Of a stretch of DNA of 64,000 nucleotides, positions 1-11,780 are shown in pieces. The notes under the pieces are model-generated. The model was not told the origin of the DNA. It did not search any database and worked only from the letters and a program-made list of their open reading frames with translations. Both the position numbers and the translations under genes were made by a program. Origin of the DNA: Camelus ferus (taxonomy: Eukaryota); assembly GCF_009834535.1 (NCBI RefSeq), contig NC_045696.1, positions 55,864,001 to 55,928,000 of the forward strand. Reading direction: 5' to 3'. Position 1 is the first letter of the stretch. Each line of letters begins with the position of its first letter.

Positions 1-1115
1 CCCATAAAACAGAAAGATCTTGCTCATAGAGATTGTTATAAGACTAAAATGAAATAATGTGTTTGTGAAACAGAACCTGTTCTGTAAGTTTCAGGTATTA
101 CATTTCATTTTCTTTTATGTTTAAAGGTAACTCTCCAGACTCTCGTTTTTGTTTTTTTTTTTTTTTTTTTTATGTAGGTGTTACCCTAACTTCTGCAAGT
201 CAAAACTGAACTGATTATGGATATTATAAACCACCCTGAACCTGCTATCAGTCTCTTGGATTCTAATGTCCCAATGTTTCTGTTACCTGAAAGGACCTGG
301 GGATTTTAGGATAGTGCAAAATTGATGTAAGTTGATAGTTTGACTTACAAAAGCTGATTCTGTGTTAGTTTCCCATAACAGAAAGGACATTCCAGACCCT
401 GGATAGTAATTACCCCATCATATGTAGAATCAGATCAAATCTAAAGTCTTGGACACCACTTATTGACATCTAGTGTGTTTATGTGGAGCTTCTGAAAATT
501 GTCCTGTGAAAAACAATTGAAACAGTTGAAACAACTGAGGATGTTTAGACTGAAGAGATCAACTGAATGTGGAAAGTTGAAAGTTCTAAAGCTTTTCCTG
601 TAAACACGGGGGTCTCCTCTGAGTTTTTTAAATGACATGGAGAAGTAATTCTTTATGAAATTTGGCTCTGTGATTGAGTAGGTAGGATGACTCAGTAAGA
701 AGCAGAGAGACCAGTGACATGTTACTGAATTAGTACAGAGTGACCCCAGTCTGTGTCCATCAGTACAGCAGGTTACAGGGGAAAAGGAATGATAGAATAA
801 GGAGTTAACCCAGGAACAGTGCGTGTTTGAGAGATACTGAAAGACACTCAGTTAATAGACAACCGGAGAATATTTCAAGACAGCAAAATGGCACAGCAAA
901 GGAAGAGGTTAAAATAAGCAAATTTTATGTGGGGAGAAAGGTGCCAACCATCTGTTTAGAATACTCTGAATGAGGATTTTGAGAAGGTGGTAGTAGATAA
1001 AAGTCTAAAATTTGGTACTGAGAGGAAGAAGACCCTGTGCCCCATCAGCCACAAGATCTCACACATCCCACATTGGTAGAGAAGAGCTAAACGGGGCTAC
1101 CTCCATGTGTTCTGG

Positions 1116-1216
1116 TCAGCCCGATCCTTCCACACGTCCTATGCAGACTGGAGAGAGCCTTTCCATTTCCAAGCTCTCCTCATTCCTCCTTCTCTCTCTC
1201 TGTCTTGCAGCAAGTC
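1116..1216 (-). CDS. CD80: CD80 cytoplasmic-tail exon: (R)LAARQRERRRNEESLEMERLSPVCIGRVEGSG*
   Basis: Acceptor cttgtcttcaag|GA, 2 nt + 33 codons ending in TGA at 1118-1116. Contains the basic RRNE motif typical of CD80 tails. Not in the ORF track. Confidence 0.93.
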
Positions 1217-1315
1217 CTTGAAGACAAGCACAAGCACTAAGAATCTACATACGTCATTTTCCCTTAAGTTGCACCCATATACTTCAGCTGACCTTTGACT
1301 GGCTTAGAACTAGAG

Positions 1316-1549
1316 CTGTGGTTCTCAAGCTGGGGTGATTTTCACCACCGCCACCCCCCCCCCACCCCAGGGGACATATGTAATGCTTAGAGACATCTTT
1401 GGTTGTCACAGCTGGAGGAAGAGGTGCTATTGGCATATGGTGAGTGGAGGCCAGGGATGCTGCTAAACATCCTACAATGCACAGAACAGCCCCCTAAAAC
1501 AAAGAATGGCCCAGCCCTCAAAGTCAGTAGCACTAAGGATGAAAAACTG
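1316..1549 (+). mobile_element. MER20-like hAT DNA transposon relic with perfect 8-bp TSD
   Basis: Internal text gaggccagggatgctgctaaacatcctacaatgcacag matches MER20 as recalled. Flanked by AACTAGAG at 1308-1315 and 1550-1557. Confidence 0.88.
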
Positions 1550-2431
1550 AACTAGAGGAGTAAGGCTGCACAGTCTGTGTTAGAAACATTCTTGAGCCCA
1601 TCAGACCTCTTTGTTACCTGTGGGGTGAGTTGTTCATAGTGAAGAGTAGTGACTTCCTTGAGCTTTGACATTTTTTGTGTGCTGAGAGTTGGGAAAATCA
1701 GCAGATGTTGTTCTTCCAGTTTTCTTTGCTCAGTGTACATGATTTCTAGTTCAAAAGAGGTTGGTGTTCCTTTGTGGTGACTATAGCCTTAGCCCTGGCC
1801 TAGTGTTCCTCTTCATTTACAGAGATTGAGGGTAGCATGTGTGCAAGGCCAAAAAATTAAATTCATAGGAAAAAAAAATACCCTACATGTCTCTTCCTCA
1901 GCTACTCTTGATCTTTCTCCCAAAAATAAATTCTGAAGAATTAAGAATTGGTAAAATCACCTGTGGCGATTTGGCTACTCAACAACATCTCATTTGTGCA
2001 TCTTACCCTCCTCCAAGAAAATGATTCTCGCCCCTAAATTTTGTCATTCTGCCTTTCCTCCAATTACAAATCAAAGATTACATCACTTTGCATCAGATAC
2101 ATTTCAATTTAGTTAGCAAGACTTGGTGTCCCTAAGAAAATATATAGCTACGGGGAAAATTAAAAGGGCTAAACTAGAATGTGTCTTGAGGGCAGTGATT
2201 TCTCATCTTTGTAACTCCAGTGCCTAGTAGAGTGCCAGGCACATATCAGGTGTCCAAGAAATATCTGTCCAGTGAATGAACAGAATTTGGCAAGTAAAAG
2301 AGACAGTAAGTTTCCATAGATTTACTCCAAAAATGAGAATGAAATAGGCTAAAACCTCATACAGATGCTGACCCTTACTGATAGAGGGCATCCAGGAATT
2401 GAGATTGTTAGGACAGTACAGTATTACTTAC

Positions 2432-2539
2432 TGCAGAACAGCCATGCTAGTCCTAGTATTAGTGCAATGATCAGAGATGCTGAGATCGGGATAATAATGG
2501 CCCAGGGCAGGAGCTGATTAGCGGACGGGGCTGGTTTGG
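2432..2539 (-). CDS. CD80: CD80 transmembrane exon: (S)KPAPSANQLLPWAIIIPISASLIIALILGLAWLFC; alternative start 2542 via NAGNAG
   Basis: Acceptor ttttccctcagcag|CC, donor TGCA|gtaagt, 108 nt phase 1-1, hydrophobic stretch of about 24 aa. Confidence 0.93.
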
Positions 2540-3479
2540 CTGCTGAGGGAAAAGAATAGTGTCAGCTCTAATGTGTTTCCAACTGCCTGATACCCATTCT
2601 GTGACCTTATATTGACACAACTGTAAAGCATTTTCCCCTTCTCTGCCTGGTTAGCTCCCCCAAATGCAGCTTTTGGCATTTTTCTTGCATAATTCTTCAA
2701 TCAGACACATACTTATGGGCAACTAATACCAGCTGTCAGATATTGAATGTGAAAAAGAAAATTTGAACTTTTGCATTTACTGAGTTAAGTTGGCATAAAA
2801 AAAGATACTCAGGAGATACTTTAAAAGCTATCTTGTCTTCATCTCTCATTTCTATAGCTGATATTACTATGTATCACTACTCATAGTTGATGTGTTCTAG
2901 ATAGATCTTATTTTTCCTTCTCCAGCTCTGTCATGCCTTCTCCCTTTTAGTATGTAGTCTTAACACACACACACCTCACAGTGGCTGTTTAAAGCTACAG
3001 GAACCACTTTGCATTTATTTTCAGATACACATTTTTCACCATCCAGCCTAGGGCTTCTGGAAGAATAGAAGAGACCCAGCAAAGAGCCAAGAGTGGGTGT
3101 GGCTTGGTAGTAGGTGGGGTCATCCTGGAGGAGGGATCTGCAAACCAGCTATCAGCTGTAAAACACAGGGAACAGAGAAGACGGGGGACACGGGGAAGGA
3201 TGTGGATGCCTATGGGAGTAGGAACTGCTGTCAGTCCCTCCTGGTCGGGAGCAGCAGTTCCACCATTTATTCTTCAACCCATTTGAGGAATAGTTAGCAA
3301 CAACATCCGGAGAAAGGTCAGAGACACAAAAGGAATATCAGCAGCTCATCCTCTTCTGATTTCTTTTGAATGGCTTACAAATAAATATTGAACATTTGCT
3401 AAAGTACCATCTCCCATTTTTCTGATTACAAGGCTTATGGATAAATTTTGGTCTTTAGCTTTTCAGACCCCATCAGCAT

Positions 3480-4110
3480 TTGGCCCAGTTGACACTCTTC
3501 CTCATGGGATTTCTATGACACCACATTCTTCAGTTTCTGTTAGGCTGTTCTTCCTCTGCTTGGTGTTTAAATATTGTTGTTCCCATGGTCCCATTCTCCT
3601 CTCACTGGCCCCTAGTAATCATCCACACCCAAGATTGGAAACACGAGCTGATTTCTAAATCTGTATGTCATAATCCTGATTTCATTTCTGAGCTCCAAAT
3701 TTGCATTTCCAGCCACCGACTAGATGGGTGGATGCCAGCATCTTCACCTGATTAAAACTGAACTCAGTGTATGTATTCTTTCTAGAGCATATCTACCACC
3801 TGCTTTCTCCCATTTCAGTGAATGGCAACACCATTAGTGACCCAAATAAAAGTGAAGGCTTGCCTTTGTGCTCACTGCCCCGAAGCTCCCCCTGACTTTC
3901 TATTGTGTATTGAGAATATCTCTTCAATTGATTCCTTTTCTCCAAATCTCTTGCAGCAACTGCCTTAGTTCAGGTTTTGCTCATCTCCCACCTAGTAGCC
4001 TCCATACTTCGGTCTCTTTGCCTCTAGTTTTCTAGGCTTTAATAATTTCTACACATTCTGCCACAGTAATCATTATAAAATGCACATTTGATCATAGAGC
4101 ACCTACTCCC
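3480..4110 (+). mobile_element. Degraded L2 (LINE-2) fragment
   Basis: L2-like phrases (tttctgagctcca, cagtgaatggcaacacca, gttcagg...tcatctccc). Boundaries approximate. Confidence 0.55.
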
Positions 4111-5149
4111 TAGAGACTAGGGAAAGTTGTTTTCTTATTTTTTCTCTAAAACACCAGATTGAATGGAGACATCGAGTGATTACCATGGTTGGCCTCTGCA
4201 GACCAGAATAACACCCAAAATAACAAGGAAGCTCTTGCTATTATCCTGGGAGTCTAGACATTTCAAAGTTCTGACTCACTCCTGGCTTCCTCTCAGAGGC
4301 CACTTCTCATCCATCTTCAAGCCTCCCTCAGCCTAGAAAGAAGGTACGTGCTAAAGGGCAAGAAGAAGGAACCAGCAGCAGCAAACCCGTTCTATCATAA
4401 TGCCTGTTAGGAACCTGGCAATGGGCCACAGGCAGACCCAGAATCCCAAGGGCATAGTCATGTAAGGACATCTGCACGTATAGCTCATTAGACAGTCTGA
4501 GTGGGCCTCCCTGATTCACCCCTTACACGCATGCGCACGCGCACACACACACACACCTTCCAGTGTATCAAGGGTTAAGTAACTGGGCAGACCCAGACTG
4601 AAAGAACAATAGACCCAGTCTGCTTAATTAATAAATTTAGAATTGTTTAAGAGTAGGTATTTCTATAGTAAAGCTTTACTCACATTGATAAAAACATTTC
4701 TATGAACTATACTCCTAATTTACATTTGCTTACGCAGTCAGCCCTTGACCCCCCAAAAATGCATTATTTGCTTTTGGCTATAAATGACACCTGCAGTCCA
4801 AATTATGAGATTTGAAGTATTTAAAGCTCTCTGGTCATAAAGACAACACTGACACCTAGCAAGATACTTGGTATGTGATAACTAATAAAGACTAGATTAA
4901 AGAAGGAATGATTAAACACATACTGTTAATTACCTCTCCATTAGTCATTGTGAATGTAGACCAAGTGGGGCAAAGAGCTAGTATTCTGAATTAGACTGAA
5001 AAGGGATACTGCTCATCCTTAGCATGAAGGAAGAGAGAAGGCATATGAGGGAAAAGATGATAAAACTGGCTGTCTAAATCACCTTTAAATAATAGCTCCA
5101 TCTTTTTATTTAAAGGACTACATTCTATTCCCTGTAAGTTAACAAACTA

Positions 5150-5358
5150 CAGTGTTAACCTGGCCAAGCCAGGACTACTACTTAATTTTTTAAGTAAAAT
5201 TCTTCTGGAACACAGCCATGTCCTTCATTTTTGTTCTGTCTGTGGCTGCTTTCATGCCGTAACAGCAGGACTGAGTTGTTGCCAGAGACCATATGACCTG
5301 TAAAGGCTAAGATATTTACTGTCTGGCCCTTTTCTAAAAATTTTTGTCAACCTTTATC
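5150..5358 (+). mobile_element. MER58-like hAT transposon relic
   Basis: ggaacacagccatg...tgtggctgctttc...gagaccatatgacc...atatttactgtctggcccttt. Confidence 0.75.
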
Positions 5359-6126
5359 CTAGAAGATCATATATACTCATATTCCAAATATAAATAATGT
5401 CCAAAATAAACATGTAATTGAGGCTGCTTTTACCAATTTGCATACTACTCTCTACCTTAGTCACGATAATCTAAAATTGGTTAAATAATGATATTATCAA
5501 TAAGGTGACAAGTATTGCTGAATTAATAAACTAGCTTCACTATATGATTCAAACTTCAATTTTGTAAATTTTTTAGAATACATAAAAGATGATAGAGATG
5601 AATTTGGATTATTAATAAAATCATGTCAAAATTTGGTTTATAGTTGGACTAATTTTCCCCTCAGAATTTATCTCATTACCTATTGAGGAAAATAAAGAAT
5701 CCACTCAAGATTGAAAGATCTAGAGCAAATCATTCACTAGGATGAACTACTAGACCATCTAAAATACCTCCTCTACTACAAGCAAAGATAAGAGGAAGAT
5801 GTATTATACATAATAAGTTATGTTTGATGTATTGCTTTTTACTATGCAGCCACATAACACATTGTTAGAAGTGGGGCTCAGGGGTGGGGAGAGGCCTGGT
5901 GGTCCTCCATATAAGCAGCCAAACAAGTTAGAAATGTATTTCAAGTATCTGAGTTCTTCTGTAATAACCCATTATGGGTTTAATATGCATAAATTTACAT
6001 AAGCCCAACTTTTTTCATTTTATATTTTCAGATAATTTTACCTCTGGGGAAAGAAAATTCTGTAAGTATACTACTTGTAGGGTAAAACATTTGGTGTTGG
6101 TATTGGATCAAAAATGACCACTTTTT

Positions 6127-6202
6127 GAAAAAATTGTGCTCTACACTGGAATTTGACACAACATTGTAAAATGACCATAACTCAATTAAAAAATGTTTTT
6201 AA
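6127..6202 (+). mobile_element. Extremely 5'-truncated young L1 3' end with 17-bp TSD
   Basis: AAAAATGACCACTTTTT at 6110-6126 and 6203-6219. The insert matches the reverse complement of the L1 end at 47113-47190. Confidence 0.85.
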
Positions 6203-6712
6203 AAAAATGACCACTTTTTTCAGGCATTGTCCCCAAGTAGTTTGTCATTCACCTTCTTTACCAGACTTGGTTCTGAATGAACCAGTAGTTCTTAAAAGGC
6301 ACATTCACCCACAGAAGACAATGATTTAACATCATGGGACCGTGGGGAGGGGGCCCCCAAAATAAAAGTGCCGAAGCCCAGAGAGCATTCAAAGAAGGCC
6401 ACATTTTAGTTCTTTCAATAAAAATAATACTGTTATAATAACTTCCTAACATGATAACTTGATGGATAGCACTTATTTGGATTTCTAAATTTTAGAATGT
6501 TTATTAAAGAAAAGAAAATTAGTCTATTAACATTATAGTCAGACCTTGTGTGGTGACCTTAAGTCATAGTAACTCTTTATTATCATTTCATTTACGTGTC
6601 TAAAAAAACTACAAAAAAATACTATGAGTCAATATGCACAATTCTGAAATGTATCTGGCTGACTCATTTTAGATTCTACACAGCAAAAACTCCCTAGGAC
6701 AATGTCACTTAC

Positions 6713-6994
6713 ATTTCTGCCAGTTGAAGGTCTGTGACACTGTTAAGTCTCCATACTTGACAAGACACATGAAGCTGTGGTTCCTTGTCACATTGAAATC
6801 CAGTTCACTGCTAATCGTGTAGAGCTCAGTTTCAGGATCTTGGGCAAGTGTTGTGTAGGTAGCGTTTAATTCTTCTCCATTTTCCAACCAGGAGAGGTGA
6901 GGCTCTGGAAACCCTCCAGAAGTTGAGCAGATTATCCTTCTGATGTCAGGAGATGGATTTCCGAGGTCACTAATACTAGGGGCAGGGAAGTCAG
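6713..6994 (-). CDS. CD80: CD80 IgC-domain exon: (A)DFPAPSISDLGNPSPDIRRIICSTSGGFPEPHLSWLENGEELNATYTT...SQTFNWQK
   Basis: Acceptor ccttctccag|CT, donor AAAT|gtaagt, 282 nt. Overlaps ORF 6705..6887 and has the canonical IgC Cys pair. Confidence 0.97.
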
Positions 6995-9208
6995 CTGGAG
7001 AAGGAACAAGGATGTAAGTACATTATCATTACGTGTTTGTGTGTATGTGTTTATATTTTTAATAAATACTTAGCTTTAATAAGAACAATAAAATATAATT
7101 TGCAACTTCCCGTAAGTCATTAATAGTTAGGTATAATCCAAAGACTAGTTTTAGTTTGAATTGGTTATATCAATTCTTCGTCACTTTTGATGGAGGTAGA
7201 AGGGCACTTATTAAAGAAAGAAGTAGGTTCCTGTGTAAATATTGACATAGTACTTGCATTTGTAAGGAAGGGGTGGAATTAAAAATAAGAGACAGCAATT
7301 ATTGAGTTCTTAATATTTGTTAGGTCTGGACATTATCTCATTTCATCTTTACAACAACCCTAGTAGGTTGTAGATTCAAAAAGGTTAAATATCAGTCATT
7401 ACATATGATTTAACCTAATAAAATCTCCATTTTCTAAATAATCAAATGAGGTCTAGAGAAATCACAACCAATAAGTGGCAGAATTGGGATTTGTGTTCAA
7501 GTTTCTCTGATACTAGAACCTCCCCCTCTCCTGCCTTCTTTTCTTTTCCTTTCATTTCTTTCTTTTACTTTTTTTTCTTCCCTTTCTTCCTAGTATTTGA
7601 GGTATACAAGGTGGCTCTCTTTTATTTATCTATATATTAACTCGCACTGTACTAAACACCTGAGAACCCACTATCCCACTTGAGAACTGGAACACTGACA
7701 GCAGGTTATGTAAACCTGCTTGTTCCGTCTTTGCCTTGCTGTCCTCCCGCCTCCCACACCTGAGGTAACACTATTCTAAATTTTGTTTAGCGTTACCTTA
7801 CTTTTTCAAAAGTAGTCTTTAATCAGATAAACTTCTGTCCAAATTGTACACCGTTGAACCTGTAATCTCAACCACTGTACTTTACAGATTCCCTTGCTGT
7901 TCTGAAATGTCTCACAATGACAGAGAGGCCTTCCTAATATTCCTCCAAGGCACTCGAAGCTCTCTTTCATTTGTGTATTCGACCCCCAATGAGATGCTAA
8001 AGTATACACCAAGCAGAGCACAGTGAAATGACTGCAGTGAACACAGGAGAAAACTCCCCTCACCTCTTCCTCACTTAGTGTTAGGCTTAAAGAATTTATT
8101 CTTCTTAACATGACTGCGGGGAACCAATCCCTCCATACTTCATCTCATGTACCTGGTTTTCTTCTCAGAATTCAGAGTCTCACAGAGAGATGTAGTCTAG
8201 CATAGTGGTCATCGAGAGCAGGTTTTAAAACCAGTTTTGCCTTTTAATTCTGGGCCTGTTACTTAACCACTTTCAGTCCTAGTTTGCTCATCTGTAAGAT
8301 GAGGTTAATACTACTTGCCTCCCAGCGTTGTAAGAATTTCATGACATCATTAATGTGTATCACATAGAACAGAGTCTGACACACAGGAAATTAGTTCATA
8401 GACCAATGTGTGTCTTAAATTTGTCCTCTCTTAGATGAGTTTCCTCATTTAGGTCAAGTTGCCAGATGAAAGTTTCCAGGACTGCGTGGTGGCACCATGA
8501 GGAAAAAGGGGAAGAGGAAGTTATGACAGGTTATTGTAATTGCCAGGAAAAGGAAAAACTTGGATTTGGTTGGGGATAGACTCACCTTTCTTTTTTGTAC
8601 TAACTCTGTTCCTAAATTAAGTTTGACATTTTCCTGAGGCATTTTTAGTTGACATTGTTATTTCCTACTTCCTATTTCCTATTAATTTATCCTATCAGAC
8701 CAAATCATTACACGGGCAGCTGACATCAGGAGTATTCTTTGTTTCTTATAACACCAATATGTCATGTTGTAACTTGGAATAACAAATCCAGGTAACTCAT
8801 ATCCTAATTATGATTCGTGTTCATTTCTACACTCCGCTTTTCCAAAAAACATTTAACCACAAGAATGCTACAATATCAAGGGTTGTATTAAAAATCATCT
8901 TTTTAAACTCCATCTCCCACCCCTTCTATAAGGTGATCTGTTTAGAGTAACATCTCCTAAGGCCTTGCAAGACTGTGAACCATTAAAGAATTACTCCTTT
9001 GTGTCTCATTTTTCCCAGTTTTCACCACCCTTAATGGGTAGGGTAAGAATATCTTATTAGGGAAGGAAAAGGTGCACATGCTTTAGAAAGGTAAAACTCC
9101 ATTAACCTAGTTAATCTGATAACTAGTATAGCTAGTTCTCAAATGTGTTACTTAGTGGAGGCTTCATCTATTGAGCTATTATATCATTTAGCAATCTTAG
9201 GCAAATGT

Positions 9209-9320
9209 AGAGAAACCAACTTGTCCCAGTTAGCCTAGACTTTCCCAGTATTAGGACTGAAAATCTCATGTCTCAGGAAACCCCTCAGTCCCTGGCAGAA
9301 TGGGACATTTGGTCACTTTG
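9209..9320. mobile_element. MER94-like (hAT-Blackjack) MITE
   Basis: ccaacttgtcccag...ctgaaa...ggaaacccctcagtccc...gggaca.ttggtcac, with degraded inverted termini. Confidence 0.7.
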
Positions 9321-9344
9321 GCCAAATGAGAGCTTGTTTAGTGT

Positions 9345-9482
9345 CTTGCTTCTCAAGCTGTGATCCTCAGCAACTGCAAGGCATCACCAGGGAGCCTGTT
9401 GGAAATGCCAGACCTGCTGAATTTGAATCTGCATTTTAACCAGATCCCCAAGTCACATGCACCTGATCATTTGACAAGCACG
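9345..9482. mobile_element. MER5-like hAT relic
   Basis: ttctcaag...gttggaaatgc...gaatctgcattttaaccagatcccca. Confidence 0.7.
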
Positions 9483-10866
9483 ATTTTCATTGTCTCAATT
9501 AGAAAAACCAGAATTGGTTCTGGGTCTAATTAAGCAAGCAGAGTTTCTCTTTTTGTCTTCCCCTACTTGATTTTGGTGCCCCACTCCCCTGTCTAAGGCC
9601 CTCAACACTCGCATGTTGCCCCTTGGCTGTCCTTGGTTGCCTACGGGGGCCTGCTACAGGGGCCTGCCCTCCCTGAAACTCTGCCTCTTCTCCCTCTTGA
9701 GTTTTCTTCTCTATATTTCTACCAAATGTGTCCTGAGTCTCCTTCTCTCTGGATATTATGTTAGAGGACTGACTACGTATCTAATGTAATTAATTAATAC
9801 AGGCTAATATGTCTGTGGTGCCATCTCCCCTAGGGAACACATTTTCATTTTTAACAGGGGTCTCACAGCGGTGGGGGAAATGCTAAAACTAGCAGGAGAA
9901 GCTTTAATAGTGGGAATTCCAGGAATTGATACAGGTCAGAATTTTGGAGGAGGCAGTCTTCTTAGAGCCCCACAAATCCCACCACCAGATAATCATTTGC
10001 TCTTCCCATGGGTAGGGAATACACAGAGTGAAGTTTAAGATAATTCCATGAAACTTTGGTGTACCTCCTAAGCTTTAGGTATGACCTGAATGCTACCGCT
10101 AAAGATTCAACATAGCTTAAGACCAAAGCAGGGAAGAACGGTGAAGAATCCATTGGGGAGTCACTTAAGTTACCTGTTATCAAGGTTAATTCTTCCATTT
10201 TATTAAAAGGTTTGGTTTCCACTAAAGGCTCAAGGGCGCAGGAAGAGAAAGAAATGTGTTTGAATTTTAAGTGTGAGGGAATGGCCCAGGGCTGTCATTT
10301 CTCAGCAAGGGCTCAGCCTGTATCAGTATCCTCTTTCAGAATCACCGGTGATTAAGTCAAGGCTTCTTCCTACCCTGCCCTTTAATAACACTTCTTTAAT
10401 ATCTAACTTTGTAAAACTGACCATTAGACTAGAGCTTCAAATGTACAATAAATATAATAGTACAATAGCCAGAGCAATAGACATTCAAACACTATTTGAA
10501 AAATATTTATGCCTGCATTGCTCTTGTACCTTTCAACATACTTTGCAAGAATATATTACTGGATCAAGTGCAGTTAGTAGGACAGCCCCATCACATCAGA
10601 TGTGTCCCTTTATGATTCAGAAGGCACTTCAGGTCATTATCATGCATGCCCCAGGATCACTGTCACGAACTTGGATTGTCAAAGTGCAAGAAATGCAGCT
10701 AATAGCTATTTCCAGCTAGGGTTTACTGTAAAACTAGAGACTCAACCCTAAGAAATGAAGTGAGACACATTCCTCTTTGGTAGACTTTCCACCTAAATCA
10801 ACAGGAGTACGTCTTTAAGGGCATCGAGAATCTGCTAGCTATCGTAAATCAGAAAATCCCACTGAC

Positions 10867-11184
10867 CTCTGACCAATAACTTCACCGAAGTGAGGTGCTC
10901 CAGTTTGTAAGTCCCTTGCTCAGGCTTCTGAATGACACAGGTATAGGTGCCTTTGTCTGACAGGCGCAGAGCCAGGATCACAATGCAGAGGTTACTGGTG
11001 AAGTCAGTGAAGGTGCGGTTCTCATACTCGGGCCACACTTTCACTTTTCCAGACATGACCGCCAGCACCACTTCATTATCTTTTTGCCAATAGATGCGAA
11101 CTTTGGTCAGTTCTTCAGTGGATATGTTGTAATCACAAGATAGCACTGCTATTTCTTTCACTGTTTTGGTCACCTGCATGATGC
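10867..11184 (-). CDS. CD80: CD80 IgV-domain exon: (G)IMQVTKTVKEIAVLSCDYNISTEELTKVRIYWQK...LEHLTSVKLLVR
   Basis: Acceptor ctctccatag|GC, donor AGAG|gtcagt, 318 nt. Overlaps ORF 10835..11179 and carries B7-1 IgV motifs (RIYWQK, D.GTY.C). Confidence 0.97.
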
Positions 11185-11359
11185 CTATGGAGAGGCAAAC
11201 AACAAAATTTTATGTCTATTAAACATAGATGCCTGCACAAGCAGGAATTCGGAGTGGACAATAACAGAATTCAGAGGGTTGCATATAGTGACTAAGCAGG
11301 ATCAGAGTGTTCAGTTTGAGTTTGATATTTTTGGTCCCCAGTGCTTTTTTTGCCTCCAT

Positions 11360-11780
11360 TTAAAAAATTGTGATTAAAAAATAATTTTACCATCTTAACC
11401 ATTTTTAAATGTACAGCTCAGTAGTGTCAAGTATATTCACACTGTTGTGAAACAGATCTCCAGACTTTTCCATCTTGCAGATTGGAACTCTGTATGCATT
11501 AAACAACCCCTCTTTCTCCCTCCCCCAGCCCCTGGTAACCACCACTCAACTTTCTGTTTCTGTGAATTTACCACTTTAAATACTGAATATAAGTGGAATC
11601 ATACATACAGTATTTGTCTTTTTGTGACTGGCTTATTCCACTCAGCATAATACTATCCAGGTTCCTCTGTGTTTTACATGTGTCAGAATCTTCTTCCTTT
11701 TTAAGGAATAATAGTGATGATAATGACTAATATTCCGTTGTATGTATATACCACATTTTCTTTATCCATTTGTTTGTCCA
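11360..11780 (-). mobile_element. Old L1 (L1MB-like) 3' end
   Basis: ttaaccatttttaaatgtacag...ccccagcccctggtaaccaccactc...ttgtgactggcttatt. Confidence 0.8.

Noticed and set aside
10835..10866. IgV exon read-through (…VRGQWDFLIYDS*) as an IgV-only secreted CD80
   Set aside because: Ordinary run-on into the intron. I saw no nearby canonical minus-strand poly(A) signal, unlike the IgC case.
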